DNA of 64,000 bases from NCBI RefSeq assembly GCF_963921235.1, contig NC_086099.1, positions 24,490,001 through 24,554,000 on the forward strand, in the 5' to 3' direction. Source of the stretch: Mobula hypostoma. Lineage: Eukaryota. Of the stretch, positions 50,161 through 62,439 are shown one piece after another. The notes under the pieces are model-generated. The model ran no database searches. It was given only the letters and a program-made list of their open reading frames with translations, and was not told where the DNA came from. Numbering within the stretch: the first letter of the stretch is position 1; the number at the start of each line of letters is the position of its first letter. A program made the translations under genes and the position numbers.

Positions 50161-51355
50161 AGATGGTGCAGGCTTGGGGTTCTTCCTAATCTTGAGCAAA
50201 GCATTTAATCCCATATCCACCCTCTCGCTGGGTCCTTCTTTCTCATTTTCTCTTTGGAGCAAAGGATGAGAGGTGACCTGATGGAGCTGTAGAAGATAAG
50301 AAGACGCATAGATCAAGTAGACAGCCAGAGACTTTATTCCCAAGGCAGAAATGGCTCATAAAAGGGGGCATCATTTTAAGGTGTTTTCAGGAAAGTATAG
50401 GGGGGAATGTCTGAGGTATCATTTATTTTACACAAAGAGTAGTGGGTACGTGCAATGCACTACCAGAGATGGTGGTAGGGGGAGATTCATTAGAGATATT
50501 CAAAACACTCTTAGATAGGCACAAGAATGATAGGGAAATGGGTGGGGGATATGCAAGAGGGAAGGATCAGATTGATCTTAGAGTAAGTGAAAAAGTTGGC
50601 ATGACATCATGTGTCGAAGAATCTACGTTCTGTAGTAATGTTGATTTTTTTGTCAACGGCTCAACTCAGAGCTTAGTCACCTCCTTTGTTACTTCTGCTC
50701 TCAACCAATCCAATCCTCTCCTGTCTACCCATACACTCTGCGACCTCCTACCTTGCCACGTCCGGATCTTGGCTACCTTTCAACCAACCTGTACAATCTC
50801 ATTCTCCCATTATCCCTGCCTTGCTTTCATCGAGATGCTAAAATTTTCATCTTCCTTTTCAAATCCCTACATATATCTCATCCCCACTAATTCCAAAACG
50901 TCATCCACGTTCTTCCAAAGACAGCATCCTACATGGAGTTCTTTAGCACCACTCTGATATCTATGTTTTCTACAATCTCTATCTCTCTACTTCTCTCTCC
51001 TCACTTTAAGATATACATGTGGTTTGGTGTAAAATGTTGTTTGGTAACACTCTACAATATTATTAATATTAATTTAACAAAGTTAAAATGCTATATCAAT
51101 GTAAATTATTATTAAACAGCATTGCTGCTGCAGCATTTTATTGAACATAAACAGTTTCAAACCAGACTTTATTTCCTGAAACGTAGGAGAATGAGGGAAG
51201 ATTTGACAGAGTCATACAAGGTCATGAGGGGTAAAGATTGCATAAATGCAAGCAGGCTTTTACCATTGAGGTTGGTTGAGAGTCGAACTAGAGGTTGACA
51301 AACAACCAATGTGAAAAGAAGACAAATTGTGCAAGTAATAAGGAAAGAAATAATA

Positions 51356-51549
51356 GCTGGCCAGTGGCGTAGTGGCATCTGCATCGGTCTTGGAGCAAAT
51401 GGTCCCGGATTCGAATCCGGCCGACTCCTTGCACACTGGATTGGGCATTCAGCTAGCAACTCAGCATCATAAAAAACAGACAACATCCTAAAGAAACGGC
51501 AAGGTTGTCACCCGATTTGACACAAAGTGCAGAGAGGAACAACGACAAT
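51356..51549 (+). mobile_element. tRNA-derived SINE, same family as 49947
   Basis: A box TGGCGTAGTGG, B box GATTCGAATCC. TSD AAATAATA at 51348-51355 and 51550-51557. Confidence 0.8.
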
Positions 51550-52174
51550 AAATAATACTGAGAACATGAGCTACAGAGTCCTTGAAAGCGAGTCCATAGG
51601 CTGTGGAGCTTGTTCAGCATTCAGGTGAGTCCAGTTAGCCACGCTGGTTCAGGAGCTGGATGATTGTAATGTAATAACTGGTCCTGAACCTGGTGGTCTG
51701 TGACCTCAGGCCTCTATACCTCCTGCCCAAAAGTAATAGTGAGAAGAGAGCATGGGGTTCCTTGATGACAAACACTGCATTCTTGGGGTATCCATGATCA
51801 AGAACCCCCTATCATCAAGGAGTTAATAACCAACGCACCCTAGAATGCGCTGGGGGCAGCCCACGAGTGTGGACACATATTCCAGTGCCCACATAGCATG
51901 CCCACATTATGCATAACACTATTATTGCAAAAGAATAAAACAGCTGTATGGAAGTGATGTGGAGACTGGCTGAGACTGGTATAGTTGGATGTCATCAATA
52001 CAAGTGTTAAGGTGATTCCAAACTTCTAGACATTGTTTCCACGTGACAGGATGTAAATGATAAAATGAGGTTCCAGTCCTGGAGCTCTGACATGAGGAAG
52101 AACAGGAGTGTCCCTACTGTAAATGCCCGGGAGTAATATGGAGTGCAGCATCATGCACCACTTCCTCTACAAGT

Positions 52175-53170
52175 CAGAAGAGCAGAATTAGGCCATTGGG
52201 TCTGCTCCACCATTTCATCATGGCTGATTTATTATCTGTCTCAACCCCACTCTTCTGCCTTTCCCCCATAACCTTTGATTCCCTTACTATTCAAGAACCC
52301 ATCCCTCCACTTTACCTTTGGGCACCACGGTAGTGTAGCAGTAATGCAACGCTATTACAGTTCAAAGTGTCGGAGTTCAGAGTTCAATTCCAGCATCACC
52401 TGTACATCCTCCTTGTGGAATGCATGGGCTTTCCCCGGGTGCTCCGGTATCCTCCCACAGTCCAGAGACAGACCGGGTAAGTTTATTGCCCATTGTATAT
52501 TGTCCTGTGATTAGATCAGGGTTAAAATGGAGTTGTCGGGGGTTGTTGAGGTGGCGCAGCTCGAAGGATCAGAAGGGCCTCTTCTGCACTAAAATAATAA
52601 ATAATAAACTAAACATACCCAGTGACTTGGCCTCCACAGCCGTCTGTGGCAATGACTTCCACAGATTCACCACTAAAGGTATTCTGTTCTAAAGGGACAT
52701 CCATCTATTCTGAGGCTCTGCCCTTTGGCCTTACACTCCTCCACTATAAGAAATATCCTCTCCATGTTCACTCTATCTAGGCCTTTCAATATTTTCTAGG
52801 TTTCAATGGGATCGCCCCCCTCATTCTTCTAAACTCCAATGAGTACGTGCCCAGAGCCAACCCGCGATGGTCCTCAATCCCAGGATCATTCTCGTGAACC
52901 TCCTCTGGACCCTTTCCAATGAAAGCACATCCTTTCTTAGATAGGGGGCCCTAAACAGGTCACAGTTGTCCAAGTGCAGTCTGATTAGTGCCCAGTAAAG
53001 CCACAGCTGCTTTTATATTCTAGTCCTCTCAAAATGAATGCTAGCATTGCATTTTTTTTTCTTACCACTGACTCTGCTTGTAAGTTAACCTTTTGGGAAT
53101 CTTGCACCAGGACTCCCAAATCCCTTTGCACCTCGGATTTCTGAATTTACTCTCCGTTTAGAAAATAGTC
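52175..53170 (-). mobile_element. CR1 LINE 3' portion, interrupted by a V-SINE
   Basis: Reverse complement encodes WAPYLRKDVLSLERVQRRFTRMILG and the CR1 3'UTR. Confidence 0.8.
52320..52612 (+). mobile_element. V-SINE (HE1-like)
   Basis: tRNA-like head with GTTCAATTCC, then the V-domain-like GGGCTTTCCCCGGGTGCTCCGGTATCCTCCCACAGTCC. Related copies near 25670, 38420(-), 55505 and 58730(-). Confidence 0.7.
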
Positions 53171-53639
53171 AGTGGAAATCCTCTTGTTTAGATCAAATGC
53201 AGAGTAAGCCATCAGCTGGTGAACCTGAATTACTTGAGGTTTTACTGGGCTTTGAAATGTTGTCAACTTCTCAGAGACCACAGAGTTAAGTAAAGATGAT
53301 CAAAGCTACTCAACACATCCAGTCCATCCTTTCAAAGACACCGACAGTCCCCATCACAACTACTAGCCAGTCTTTAAATGACTTCAGAATATCCACCTTG
53401 TTCATTGAGAGCGCAGTGCAATTTCCCAAAGCCTCTCTGAGTCAAGGTGAAAATGAGACAGCTGTCTCCATCACTGCTTCTTCTGATAAATCTTATTATT
53501 TCTCTCCCTAGTTAATTCAATAGGCTACATAGTCATAAGAAAAAAAAAGTCCTCCTTTGAGTCCACTTCTTCCAAATACGAATACCACAATACTTTCTTT
53601 TATTCTAGGGCCTTTTCTTTATTTCATTTAATGCTCACT

Positions 53640-53990
53640 TAGGGTAGCACTCAGTTCAGATGCCTTTTTCCTAGAAAATGGAACTTGGTTTTACTTTGTG
53701 CTGTGTCATTGAATGTAATCGTTTTTAAAGTAGCTCCCTCTTCTGTACAGTCTTCTCTCAAACGTTTGAAATGGAAGTGCTGCTGAGCTCGCTGTTCACA
53801 AGCAGGCCTTCTCCAGACGAACGCCGCAAAGCCTGTCAATCACTGTAATTTCCAGCTTGTAATCACACCCCCTGAAGCAAGTTTCCACAGCACATACAGA
53901 TGAATGAGCTGCTGGGGCCATAAAGTGTTGCAGCTTATTATTATCAAGCATTTGGATGGAAATTTTTTTTTAAAAAAGAGCATTGATTTG
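53640..53990. promoter_or_regulatory. Candidate developmental enhancer / conserved non-coding element
   Basis: TE-free island with the Pbx-Meis decamer TGATTGACAG (minus, 53833-53842), GGCCATAAA (53916-53924), TAAT cores and retained CpGs. Confidence 0.45.
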
Positions 53991-54149
53991 CTTGAAAAGC
54001 CTTTATGCTGTTTTGATTAACTCTTACAAATCTGCTTTAAACTAAGAAAAGAATTTAGATTCCAGCAGCAACAGATTGGTTCTGGATGGTTCATACCATA
54101 GAGTAGTATTGATGTTCACGTTGTCAGCACTGTCCCCCTCTCCAAGGAG

Positions 54150-54670
54150 AGACTATAAGACAAAGGAGCAGAAGGGGGCCATTCGGCCCATTGAGTCTGT
54201 TCCACCATTCCATCGTTCCATTTATTATCGCTCTCAACCCCATTCTCCTGCCTTCTCCCCATAACCTTTGATACCCTTACTAATCAAGAACATATCTGCT
54301 TTAAATATACCCAAATGACTTGGCCTCCACAGCCATCTGTTGTAAAGAATTCCACAGGTTCACCAACCTCTGGCTAAAGAAATTCCTCCTCATCTCTGTT
54401 TTGAAGGGACGTCCTTCTGTTCTGGTCCCATCTAAAGGAAACTTCTTCTCCATGTCCACTGTATCTAGTCTTTTCAACGTACAATAGGTTTCAATGAGAA
54501 TCCCCCTCCTTCCGCTAAACTCCAGCGAGTACATGCCTATGCCCATCAAACATGTCTCATCTGTTAACCCTTTCATTCCCGGGACCATTCTTGTGAACTT
54601 CCACTGAATGTTCGCCAATGTCAACACATCCTCTCTTGGATAAGTGGCACAAGACAGCTCACAATACTTC
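54150..54670 (-). mobile_element. CR1 LINE 3' end
   Basis: ORF 54301-54627: IQWKFTRMVPGMKGL...EMRRNFFSQRLVNLWNSL. Confidence 0.85.
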
Positions 54671-55504
54671 AGACCATGTTTGGACTTCCTTCATACGACT
54701 TCTTACCTTTTGACTTTCTTCGTACAAATTCTCAAGCAAGTGTGGTTCTACACCAAACTTGGTGCCTTTTCATGGGTTCTAGTGGGACAGAAGCTGGAAG
54801 ATTAAAGAGAAACTCGACAACAAGGTGGAAATGAAAGATGGACCCAGGGAGTATGGGTGTTTCAAAATGAAGGCATCACAGTGGGGTCAAGAGATGTCAA
54901 CAGCCAAGAAAGAATTGCAAATTAGGATAATTAAAGCCAGACGTAAGGAGCAGAGGACAAATGGAGGGGAAATGAGATTTCACACAGCAGTGAAATAACA
55001 AAAAACAACAATAGCGCTCAGTGGTGGGAAATGCAAGATTCAGGAATCAAGGATGAACTGAAAGCACCAAATAGATGAATGTATCGGAAGGATTCATTTC
55101 AGAAAATAAAATGGGACCTCAGGATAAAAATATGAAATTAATACTCAAATAATGACCGAGATTGTGGGGATTGTTGGGATACTGGGGAAAGCAACTACAT
55201 ACAAACACTTCAGTGAGAGACTGTGAATAAAAATAGCAGGTGTTGTCAGGAAAACCAGAAGCTAAGGGATTTTGAGATGACAAAGAAAGTAAGAGTGACT
55301 GAGTGATTGACTGAGTGAAAAGTAAAATCATGACAGACTGTTATGAACATAAATAAGAAATTGACAAATGCTAGAAGTTTTGAGAGACAAAATAAACTAC
55401 CCAAATCCTTCCCAGGGAGTAATGGTCACAAGGATAACATTAGATCGTTTGGCACTAAGGGTTTTTTTTTCCGCTGTTGTACAGGCTCTTAACAAACAAA
55501 GCGT

Positions 55505-55760
55505 GGGGCAGAACGGTAGTGTGGTGGTTAGAGTAATGCTATTACATTACCAGTGATCCTGGTTCAGTCCCCAGCGCTGTCTACGAGGAGTGTGTACATT
55601 CTCCCAATGGCCACATTGGTTTCCTTCACGTGCTCCTGTTTCTTCCTACACACCAAAGTTGCACGGATTAGCAAGTTAATCGGTGACATGGATGTAACTG
55701 GGAAGCACAGGCTAGATGGACAGAAAGGACCTGTTACTGTGTTGTATCTCTAAATAAACA
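55505..55760 (+). mobile_element. V-SINE copy
   Basis: GGGGCAGAACGGTAGTGTGGTGGTTAG...GGTTCAGTCCC...GGTTTCCTTCACGTGCTCCTGTTTCTTCCTACAC. Confidence 0.65.
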
Positions 55761-56209
55761 ACTAAATAAGGCTGAGAGTTTAAAAACAACTATCAAGATC
55801 AAAGGTGTTGATAAATGTATCGCTGTCCCAGCTCTTCCAGTTGCCCCACAATTTTCTCTGAGTTTGAACGTTTAGGATGCTCATCCCCATTGGCTTTGAT
55901 GTTCCATAACACAGAATATTTCCAGCACTGTCTCTCACTACAAACTACAGCTGCTGTTTGAACTATCAGCAGCAAAGAGACGCTGTTGCAGGGCACTCAT
56001 TAATATCGCATGGTGAGGAAATAAATCTACACGGTAATCTGAATATTTTTAGTAGTAATTTTAACTGAAATCATCAAATGAGTTCAATTTGAATAATGCA
56101 AATAAATTCCTTTTGGCAACCAAGGGAGAGTAATACAGTATTTGTGACAGGTTTCCAGCAGTGGTAAATATTGGATAGACCGACCTAACACAAAGAAAGC
56201 ACTCCAAAG

Positions 56210-56312
56210 AAACACACACAAAATGTTGAAAGAACTCAGCAGGTCATGCAGCGTCTATAGAAAGGAATAAAGAGTTGATATTTCTGGCCAAGACCCTTCA
56301 TCAGCACTGGAA
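56210..56312 (-). repeat. PLE terminal repeat with a decayed hammerhead motif (56273-56309)
   Basis: Minus strand reads CAGTG-CTGATGA-AGGGTCTTGGCCA-GAAA-TATC-AACT. Confidence 0.75.
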
Positions 56313-56314
56313 AG

Positions 56315-57565
56315 TAAATCAATTTCGTATATTGAATAAATGTTTAAAAATGTGCAAAAACAGAAATACTGTTTATTAAAAAAATAAGTGAGGTAGTGTC
56401 CAAAGATTCAATGTCCGTTTAGGAATCAGATGGCAGAGAGGAATAATCTATTCCTGAATCGCTGAGTGTGTGTCTTCAGGGTTCTGTACCTCCTGCCTGA
56501 TGGTAACAGTGAGAAAAGGGCATGCCTTGGGTGATGGATGTCCTTAATAATGGACGCTGCCTTTCTGAGACACCGCTCCCTAAAGATGTCCTGGGTACTT
56601 GGTAGGCTAGTGCCCAAGAGGGAACTGACTAGATTTACAACCTTCTGCAGCTTCTTTTGGTCCTGTACTGTAGCCCCTCCATACCAGACAGTGATGCAGC
56701 TGTCAGAATGCTCTCCACGGTACATCTATAGAAGTTTTTGAGTGTATTTGTTGACATGCCAAATCTCTTCAAATTCCTAATAAAGTATAGCTGCTCTCTT
56801 GCCTTCTTTATAACTACATCGATATGTTGGGACCAGGTTAGATCCTCAGAGATCTTGACACCCAAGAACTTGAAACTGCTCACTCCCTCCACTTCTGATC
56901 CTTCTATGAATATTGGTATGTGTTCCTTCATCTTACCCTTCCTGATGTCCACAATCAGCTCTTTCATCTTACTGACGCTGAGTGCCAGGTTGTTACTGCA
57001 ACACCATTCCACTAGTTGGCATATCTCACTCCTGTACGCCCTTTCGTCACCACCTGAGATTCTACCAACAATGATCGTATCATCAGCAAACTTATAGATG
57101 GTACTTGAGCTATGCCTAGCCACACAGTCATGTGTATATAGAGAGTAGAGCAGTGGACTAAACACACACACCTGAGGTGTACCGGTGTTGATCGTCAGTG
57201 GGGAGGATATGTTATGACCAATCTGCACAGATTATGGTCTTCTGGTTAGGAAATCGAGGATCCAATTGCAGAGGGAGGTACAGAGGCCCAGGTTCTGCAA
57301 CTTCTCAATCAGGATTGTGAGAATGATGATATTAAATGCTGAGCTATAGTCGATGAACAGCATCTTGACATAGGTGTTTGTGTTGTCCAGGTGGTCTAAA
57401 GTCGTGTGGAGAGCCATTGAGATTGCATCTGCCGTTGACCTATTGTGGTGACAGGCAAATTGCAATGCGTCCAGATTCTTGCTGAGGCAGGAGTTCAGTC
57501 TAGTTATGACCAACCTTTCAAAGCATTTCATCATTATCAATGTGAGTGCTACCAGGCGATGGTCA
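56315..57565 (-). mobile_element. Rex1/Babar LINE RT domain, best-preserved copy
   Basis: [36 protein letters not shown]; TGTPQVCVFSPLLYSLYTHDC..YKFADD; LLPSGRRYR. Confidence 0.92.
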
Positions 57566-57569
57566 TATT

Positions 57570-58187
57570 AACCTTGACAAACTTCCATAGATGCACAGTG
57601 GAGATTATCATGACTAGTTGTATCATGGCCTGGTACGGAAACACCAATGTTCATGAATGGAAGTCTTCAAAAAAATGTGGATACAACCCAGTCCATCACA
57701 GGAAAAACCCTCACCACCACCGAGCACAGCCACAAGAAAGCAGCATCCATCAACCTGGATCCTCACCATTTAGACCCTGGCCTCTTCTCACTACTGCCAT
57801 CAGGAAGGAAGTACAGGAGCCTCAGGTCCCACACCACCAGGTTCAGGAACAACCATTACATTTCAACCATCAGGCTCTTGAACCAGCACGAATAACTTCA
57901 TTCACCTCAGCTCGGAACTGATTCCACAACCTAACGACTCACATTCAAGGATTCTATAACTCCTGTTCTCGGTATTATTTATTTATTATTAAACATTTTT
58001 TGTAGTTGTTATTTTGTCTGCTTTTGCATATTTGTTGTTTGTCAGTCTTTCTGTGTGTGTTCTTTTTTATTGATTCTATTGTATTTCTCTGTTCTACTGT
58101 GAATGCCCCCAAGAAAATGAATCTCAAGGTAACATATGGTGACATACATACTTTGTTAATAAATTTACTTTGAACTTTTGAACTTTG
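57570..58187 (+). mobile_element. Rex1/Babar LINE 3' end
   Basis: NFHRCTVEIIMTSCIMAWYG...LLPSGRKYRSLRSHTTRFRN and an AATAAATTTACTTTGAACTTTTGAACTTTGA tail. Confidence 0.85.
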
Positions 58188-59139
58188 AAGAATGTCGCAG
58201 AACACTTAGAACATGTACATCTCTGCTCTATTCACAGTTGTTGACCACTATGTTTCGGGGAATTTCTGTTTCTGCTTGCAATATCTGAACTATTGCATTA
58301 CGACAGATTGACTTTAATCCTTGATTACCAGAGTTCCCAATACTGCTGAAACCAGGATTATATTGAGGATAAAGAATTTCCCTATACTCAAGAATTTCCC
58401 TGACCCATAGCACAATTATCAAAGGTCTGAGCTCTAAGTTGTGTCTTTGTGCTTGAATATGCTCAAATATGATGGCTTGGCAAGATCTTCAGTTCACGGT
58501 TCTTAGGTTTTGTGCTGTTCAGACTTCATTATAAACAAAGCATAGCATTCCGTTCCTGAACAAGATCTCAGATAGGCTGTGGTTATTAAGTTTATCTATC
58601 TTTAGTACCTATGTATATCATGGGGTATATAGAATTTCTATTAATGGCACATGCAAAGCATAGCACTATTAGCTAGTAAAACATGACTTCTATTATAATA
58701 AGCTTAAAGAACTGGATAAGGATACTTTAAAGTCTAACTTTGTTTGTTTCATATACATCAAAACATGCAGTGAAAAGCATCATTTGGCATCAATGACCAA
58801 CACAGTCCGAAAATTGTGCTGGGGGTACCCATGCTTCTAGCAAAACATAGCATGCCACAACTCATTAACCCTTGCCATACTTCTTTGGAATGTAGGAGGA
58901 AACCCAAGCACCCAGAGAAAACCCACACAGTCAAAAGGGGAATGTACAATCTCCTTACAGACAGCAGTGGGAATCAAACACCGTCGGTGATCGCTAACAT
59001 GGTCAAGCAATTGCCTGAACCACTACAGAAACAGCAAAGACTTGGCAACAATCTGATCCAGATTTCACAAAGAGATTGAGTTGTGTCTATAAAAATCAAT
59101 TATTTGAACTATGTAGGCAAGTAGGGGGGAAGTTCTTCC

Positions 59140-59500
59140 TGATTGAAAGACCTAGATAGAGTGGATATAGAGAGAATGTTTCCAGTAGTGGGCAACTCTA
59201 GGACCAGAGGGCACAGCCTCAGATTACATGGACATCCCTGTAGAACAGAAATGAGGAGGAATTTCTTTAGCAAGAGGTGGTAAATCTGTGGAAATCATTG
59301 CCAGAGATAGCCAAGCAAATGGTAAATTTAAAGCGGAGGTTGATAGCTTCTTGATTCGTAAGAGCGTCAAACGTTACGGGAAAAGTCAGGAGAATAGGGT
59401 TGGCGGGGATGGTGAATCAGCCATGAGGGAATGGTAGAGCAGACTTGATGAGCTGAATGGCGTAATTCTGCTCCTGTGTTTATGGTCTTGTGGTCTATAG
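59140..59500 (+). mobile_element. CR1 LINE 3' end
   Basis: RTRGHSLRLHG..EMRRNFFS and a TATGGTCTTGTGGTCT tail. Confidence 0.8.
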
Positions 59501-60077
59501 GTTAAAAAAGGAGAGAATTGAGTTAGAGATGAGATGCTTTTTCTTAGTGATGCAGATTTCTACTGTTTGTTACAGCTGCCTCCAGCCAGTGCAGAGTTAA
59601 CTGCATCCTAAAGGTTAGTACTATATAAATTAATAAGGGGCCCTCCATTCTGGAGAGGACACACCTATTTAAGGGTACGGTAAAGAACTGGTTTGAACTA
59701 TAGAAATGCCACTAAATGATCAGCTACCAAGAGCAAGCAATATCTTTGGAATTTTGCCACCCACATCATAGCTTGTTTGGAAATTCAAACCAAGAAATTC
59801 ACTTTCTTCAAAAATTAATTCCAGACATAAAGCTCAGAAAGAACATGACAATGTCAACGTTTAATGATGTATTCATTTGGTTAAATTGAACTGGAAATGT
59901 AACATTTAAAAGCACCAAAAAAGGAGTTCAATTGTGCTACAAGATTCATTGTCTCGCCGAAAAAAATCTGTTCTCTAATAATATAATAGATCTTTTGCGA
60001 GCCTTCAATGTTAATTTATTTAGCTTCTCAGAAAAGTACCATGGAGTCAAAACCATCCAAGTTTGAAACCAATGCAC

Positions 60078-60096
60078 TGGCTGCCATCTAGTGGCC
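60078..60096 (-). promoter_or_regulatory. CTCF core motif
   Basis: Minus strand GGCCACTAGATGGCAGCCA matches the CTCF consensus CCAC/GYAGR(T/G)GGCR, in non-TE sequence. Confidence 0.6.
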
Positions 60097-60280
60097 TTAT
60101 TACAGATTGATTGTAATAAAATTTTCACGGAAATGCTGCCAACTTACTGTGAAAAATAATTCATTCCTTATGAAGGCAGCTAGTCTCAATCAGTAAACTT
60201 GTGGTTGCACACTTGTGCATGGAATAATTAAAAGATCCATAAAAGACTTTTGGTGGAAGTCAGAGGGGCAACGACTCATA

Positions 60281-61028
60281 CTATCACCTTCCAGCTAACC
60301 TCCTTCCCCTCTCCCCACCTTTTTATTCTGGCATCTTCCTCCTTACTTCTTAATCCTGAAGAAGGGTCTCGGCCCAAAACGTCAACTATCTATTAATTTC
60401 CATAGATGCTGCCTGACCTGCCGAGTTCCTCCAGCATTTTGTGTGTGTTGCTTTGGATTTCCAGCATCTGCAGACTTTCTCATGTTTATGAACAACGCAT
60501 ATTTGCCTGGTTTGCCTTCATCCTGACACGATGGTCAATGGCCTCCTCAACTGTCACAATGAGGCCACTCTCAGGCTGGAGGATCAACACCTCATATTCC
60601 ATTTGGGCCACCTCCAACATGGTGGCATGAACATCGATTTTTCTAACTTCTAATAATTTCTCCCCCCTCTCATTCTTTCTCTATTCCCCTTTCTGGATCC
60701 CCTCTAATCCTTTCTCTTTCTTTTCACCTACCTATCACCTCCCTTTGGTGCTTCCCTTTTTCCAATTGGACCATTGCCCTCTCCAATCTGATTCCTTCTT
60801 CTTCGACCTCTTCCACCTATCACCTCCCACATTCTTACTTCATCGCCTCTCCCCCACCCAGCTACCTTCCCCCTCACCTTTTTTCAACTGTCACCTGCTA
60901 GTTTGCACTCCTTCCCTTTTCCCCACCATTTTAGTCAGCCTTTCTCCCCCTTCCTTTCCAGTCCTGATGAAGAGTCCTAGCCCAAAATGTCAACTTTATT
61001 GTTCCCTGTAGATGCTGCCTAACCTGGT
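60281..61028 (+). mobile_element. Partial tandem of PLE 3' ends with two terminal repeats / hammerhead motifs
   Basis: First repeat CTGAAGA-AGGGTCTCGGCCC-AAAA-CGTC (60356-60383), then EATLRLEDQHLIFHLG, then a second CTGATGA-AGAGTCCTAGCCC-AAAA-TGTC (60964-60991). Confidence 0.8.
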
Positions 61029-61439
61029 GACACACTTGCATGTATCCCTAGAAATTAAATTGCATAAAACGTGCAACTGGTGATTCAACCCAATGGATCC
61101 ATTTAATCTTAATGTTCCATGCAATCTCCCTCACACCACTCTGTTCACTTAGGCCTATCAACTTAAATTTCTGTTTTCTTTCTTTTGCTTTCCTTAAGTC
61201 ATCACAAAAAAACAACAAACAGGACAGGAATTTCCACATTACTCCTCGAGATCAAGGTCTGAAAACCAAGCCAATCAAAGCACATTATGCATGGGAGCCT
61301 TGGATATGATGCATCAGCATGGAACAAATGAATGTGTCTGAAGAAAGTCAATATAGTTTCTCTGTTTAATTTTGGAAGCTTGATTTTTTAAAAAAATAAT
61401 TGTTATTAATATACATTCAGCAAATAGTGGTATACAAAA

Positions 61440-61790
61440 TTATGACAGGCCAGAGAAGGTTAATGCAAACAAGTTTTTTCCACTGCAGTTGGGTGAAACT
61501 AGAACTAGAGGTCAGAGGTTAAGGGTGAAAGGTAAAAAAAAATTATGGGGAACATGAGGGGGATCTTTTTCAGTCAGAAGGTGGTGCAAATTTGGAATGA
61601 ACTGCCAGAGGAAGTGGTGGATGTGGGTTTGATTTCAAAATTTAAGAGCAGTTTGGATAAGTTCATGGACAGAAGGGGTATGCAGGGTTATGATGAAGGT
61701 GCAGGTCAATGGCACTAGGCAGAATAACGGCATGGGCTAGATGGATCAAGAGGCCTGCTTCTGTGCTGTAGTTCTCTGTGACTCTATGAC
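61440..61790 (+). mobile_element. CR1 LINE 3' end
   Basis: ETRTRGQRLRVKG..FSQKVVQIWNELP and a CTCTGTGACTCTATGACT tail. Confidence 0.8.
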
Positions 61791-62439
61791 TAAATACTTT
61801 GAGCTATGTTATACTTCCAAACCGGCTTATTTTATAGTAAAAATCCATAACACAAGCTTTCTATCTTAAATATCACCTTATCAGGATTTCCTTGCCAATA
61901 CATCTCATTCCAACAAATCCCTCACACGTATGGATTTAACCTTCAGAACAAATGAAGAAATTGTTCAATATATGAGGTCTACAGTCAAAAAGCTGGGGTT
62001 ATTCAAACCTCAGTGGCAGCACTTCAAATTGAATCTTGCATTTGTGTGCATACTGGTTTCAAGTTTCAACACTTCAGTTTTCACATATACTGAAGTATAT
62101 TAAAATATTGACCTTAGACTTCACAACCATGAGACAAAGATCCACTACCAAACTATTCCATCCCAGATCTCCTTCATCCCAACCACCACACTACACTGAC
62201 TTCCAACAATAAAGGTTCAGTGCAAGATCCTGTAAAATATGGATCACTTTCCATATCTAAAGAGCCACATTAGATTTTGGCCAAACCACACTTTGATGAA
62301 GAAATTCATGGCTATGTTCTATGCACGAACATACCCTTTTGCCAAGATCACAGCATTGAGGACATATTTATTGTGAGTTGGCTATATTGTGCAGGACACG
62401 TCATTCACTGTTTTCACTAGTCAGTCACTGACAGCCTAC

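Noticed and set aside
49680-50957. 174-aa and 171-aa ORFs
   Set aside because: They run through SINE and CR1 fragments and low-complexity sequence, with no coherent domain.
56315-58187. Single Rex1 element with a 5' inversion
   Set aside because: Both pieces cover the same region (NF.RCTVE...LLPSGR) and have different 3'UTRs, so they are independent insertions.
59620-59700. TATA/CArG promoter
   Set aside because: CCTATTTAAGG has seven A/T bases, so it is not a canonical CArG box. TATA-like strings are common in AT-rich DNA and no downstream gene is evident.
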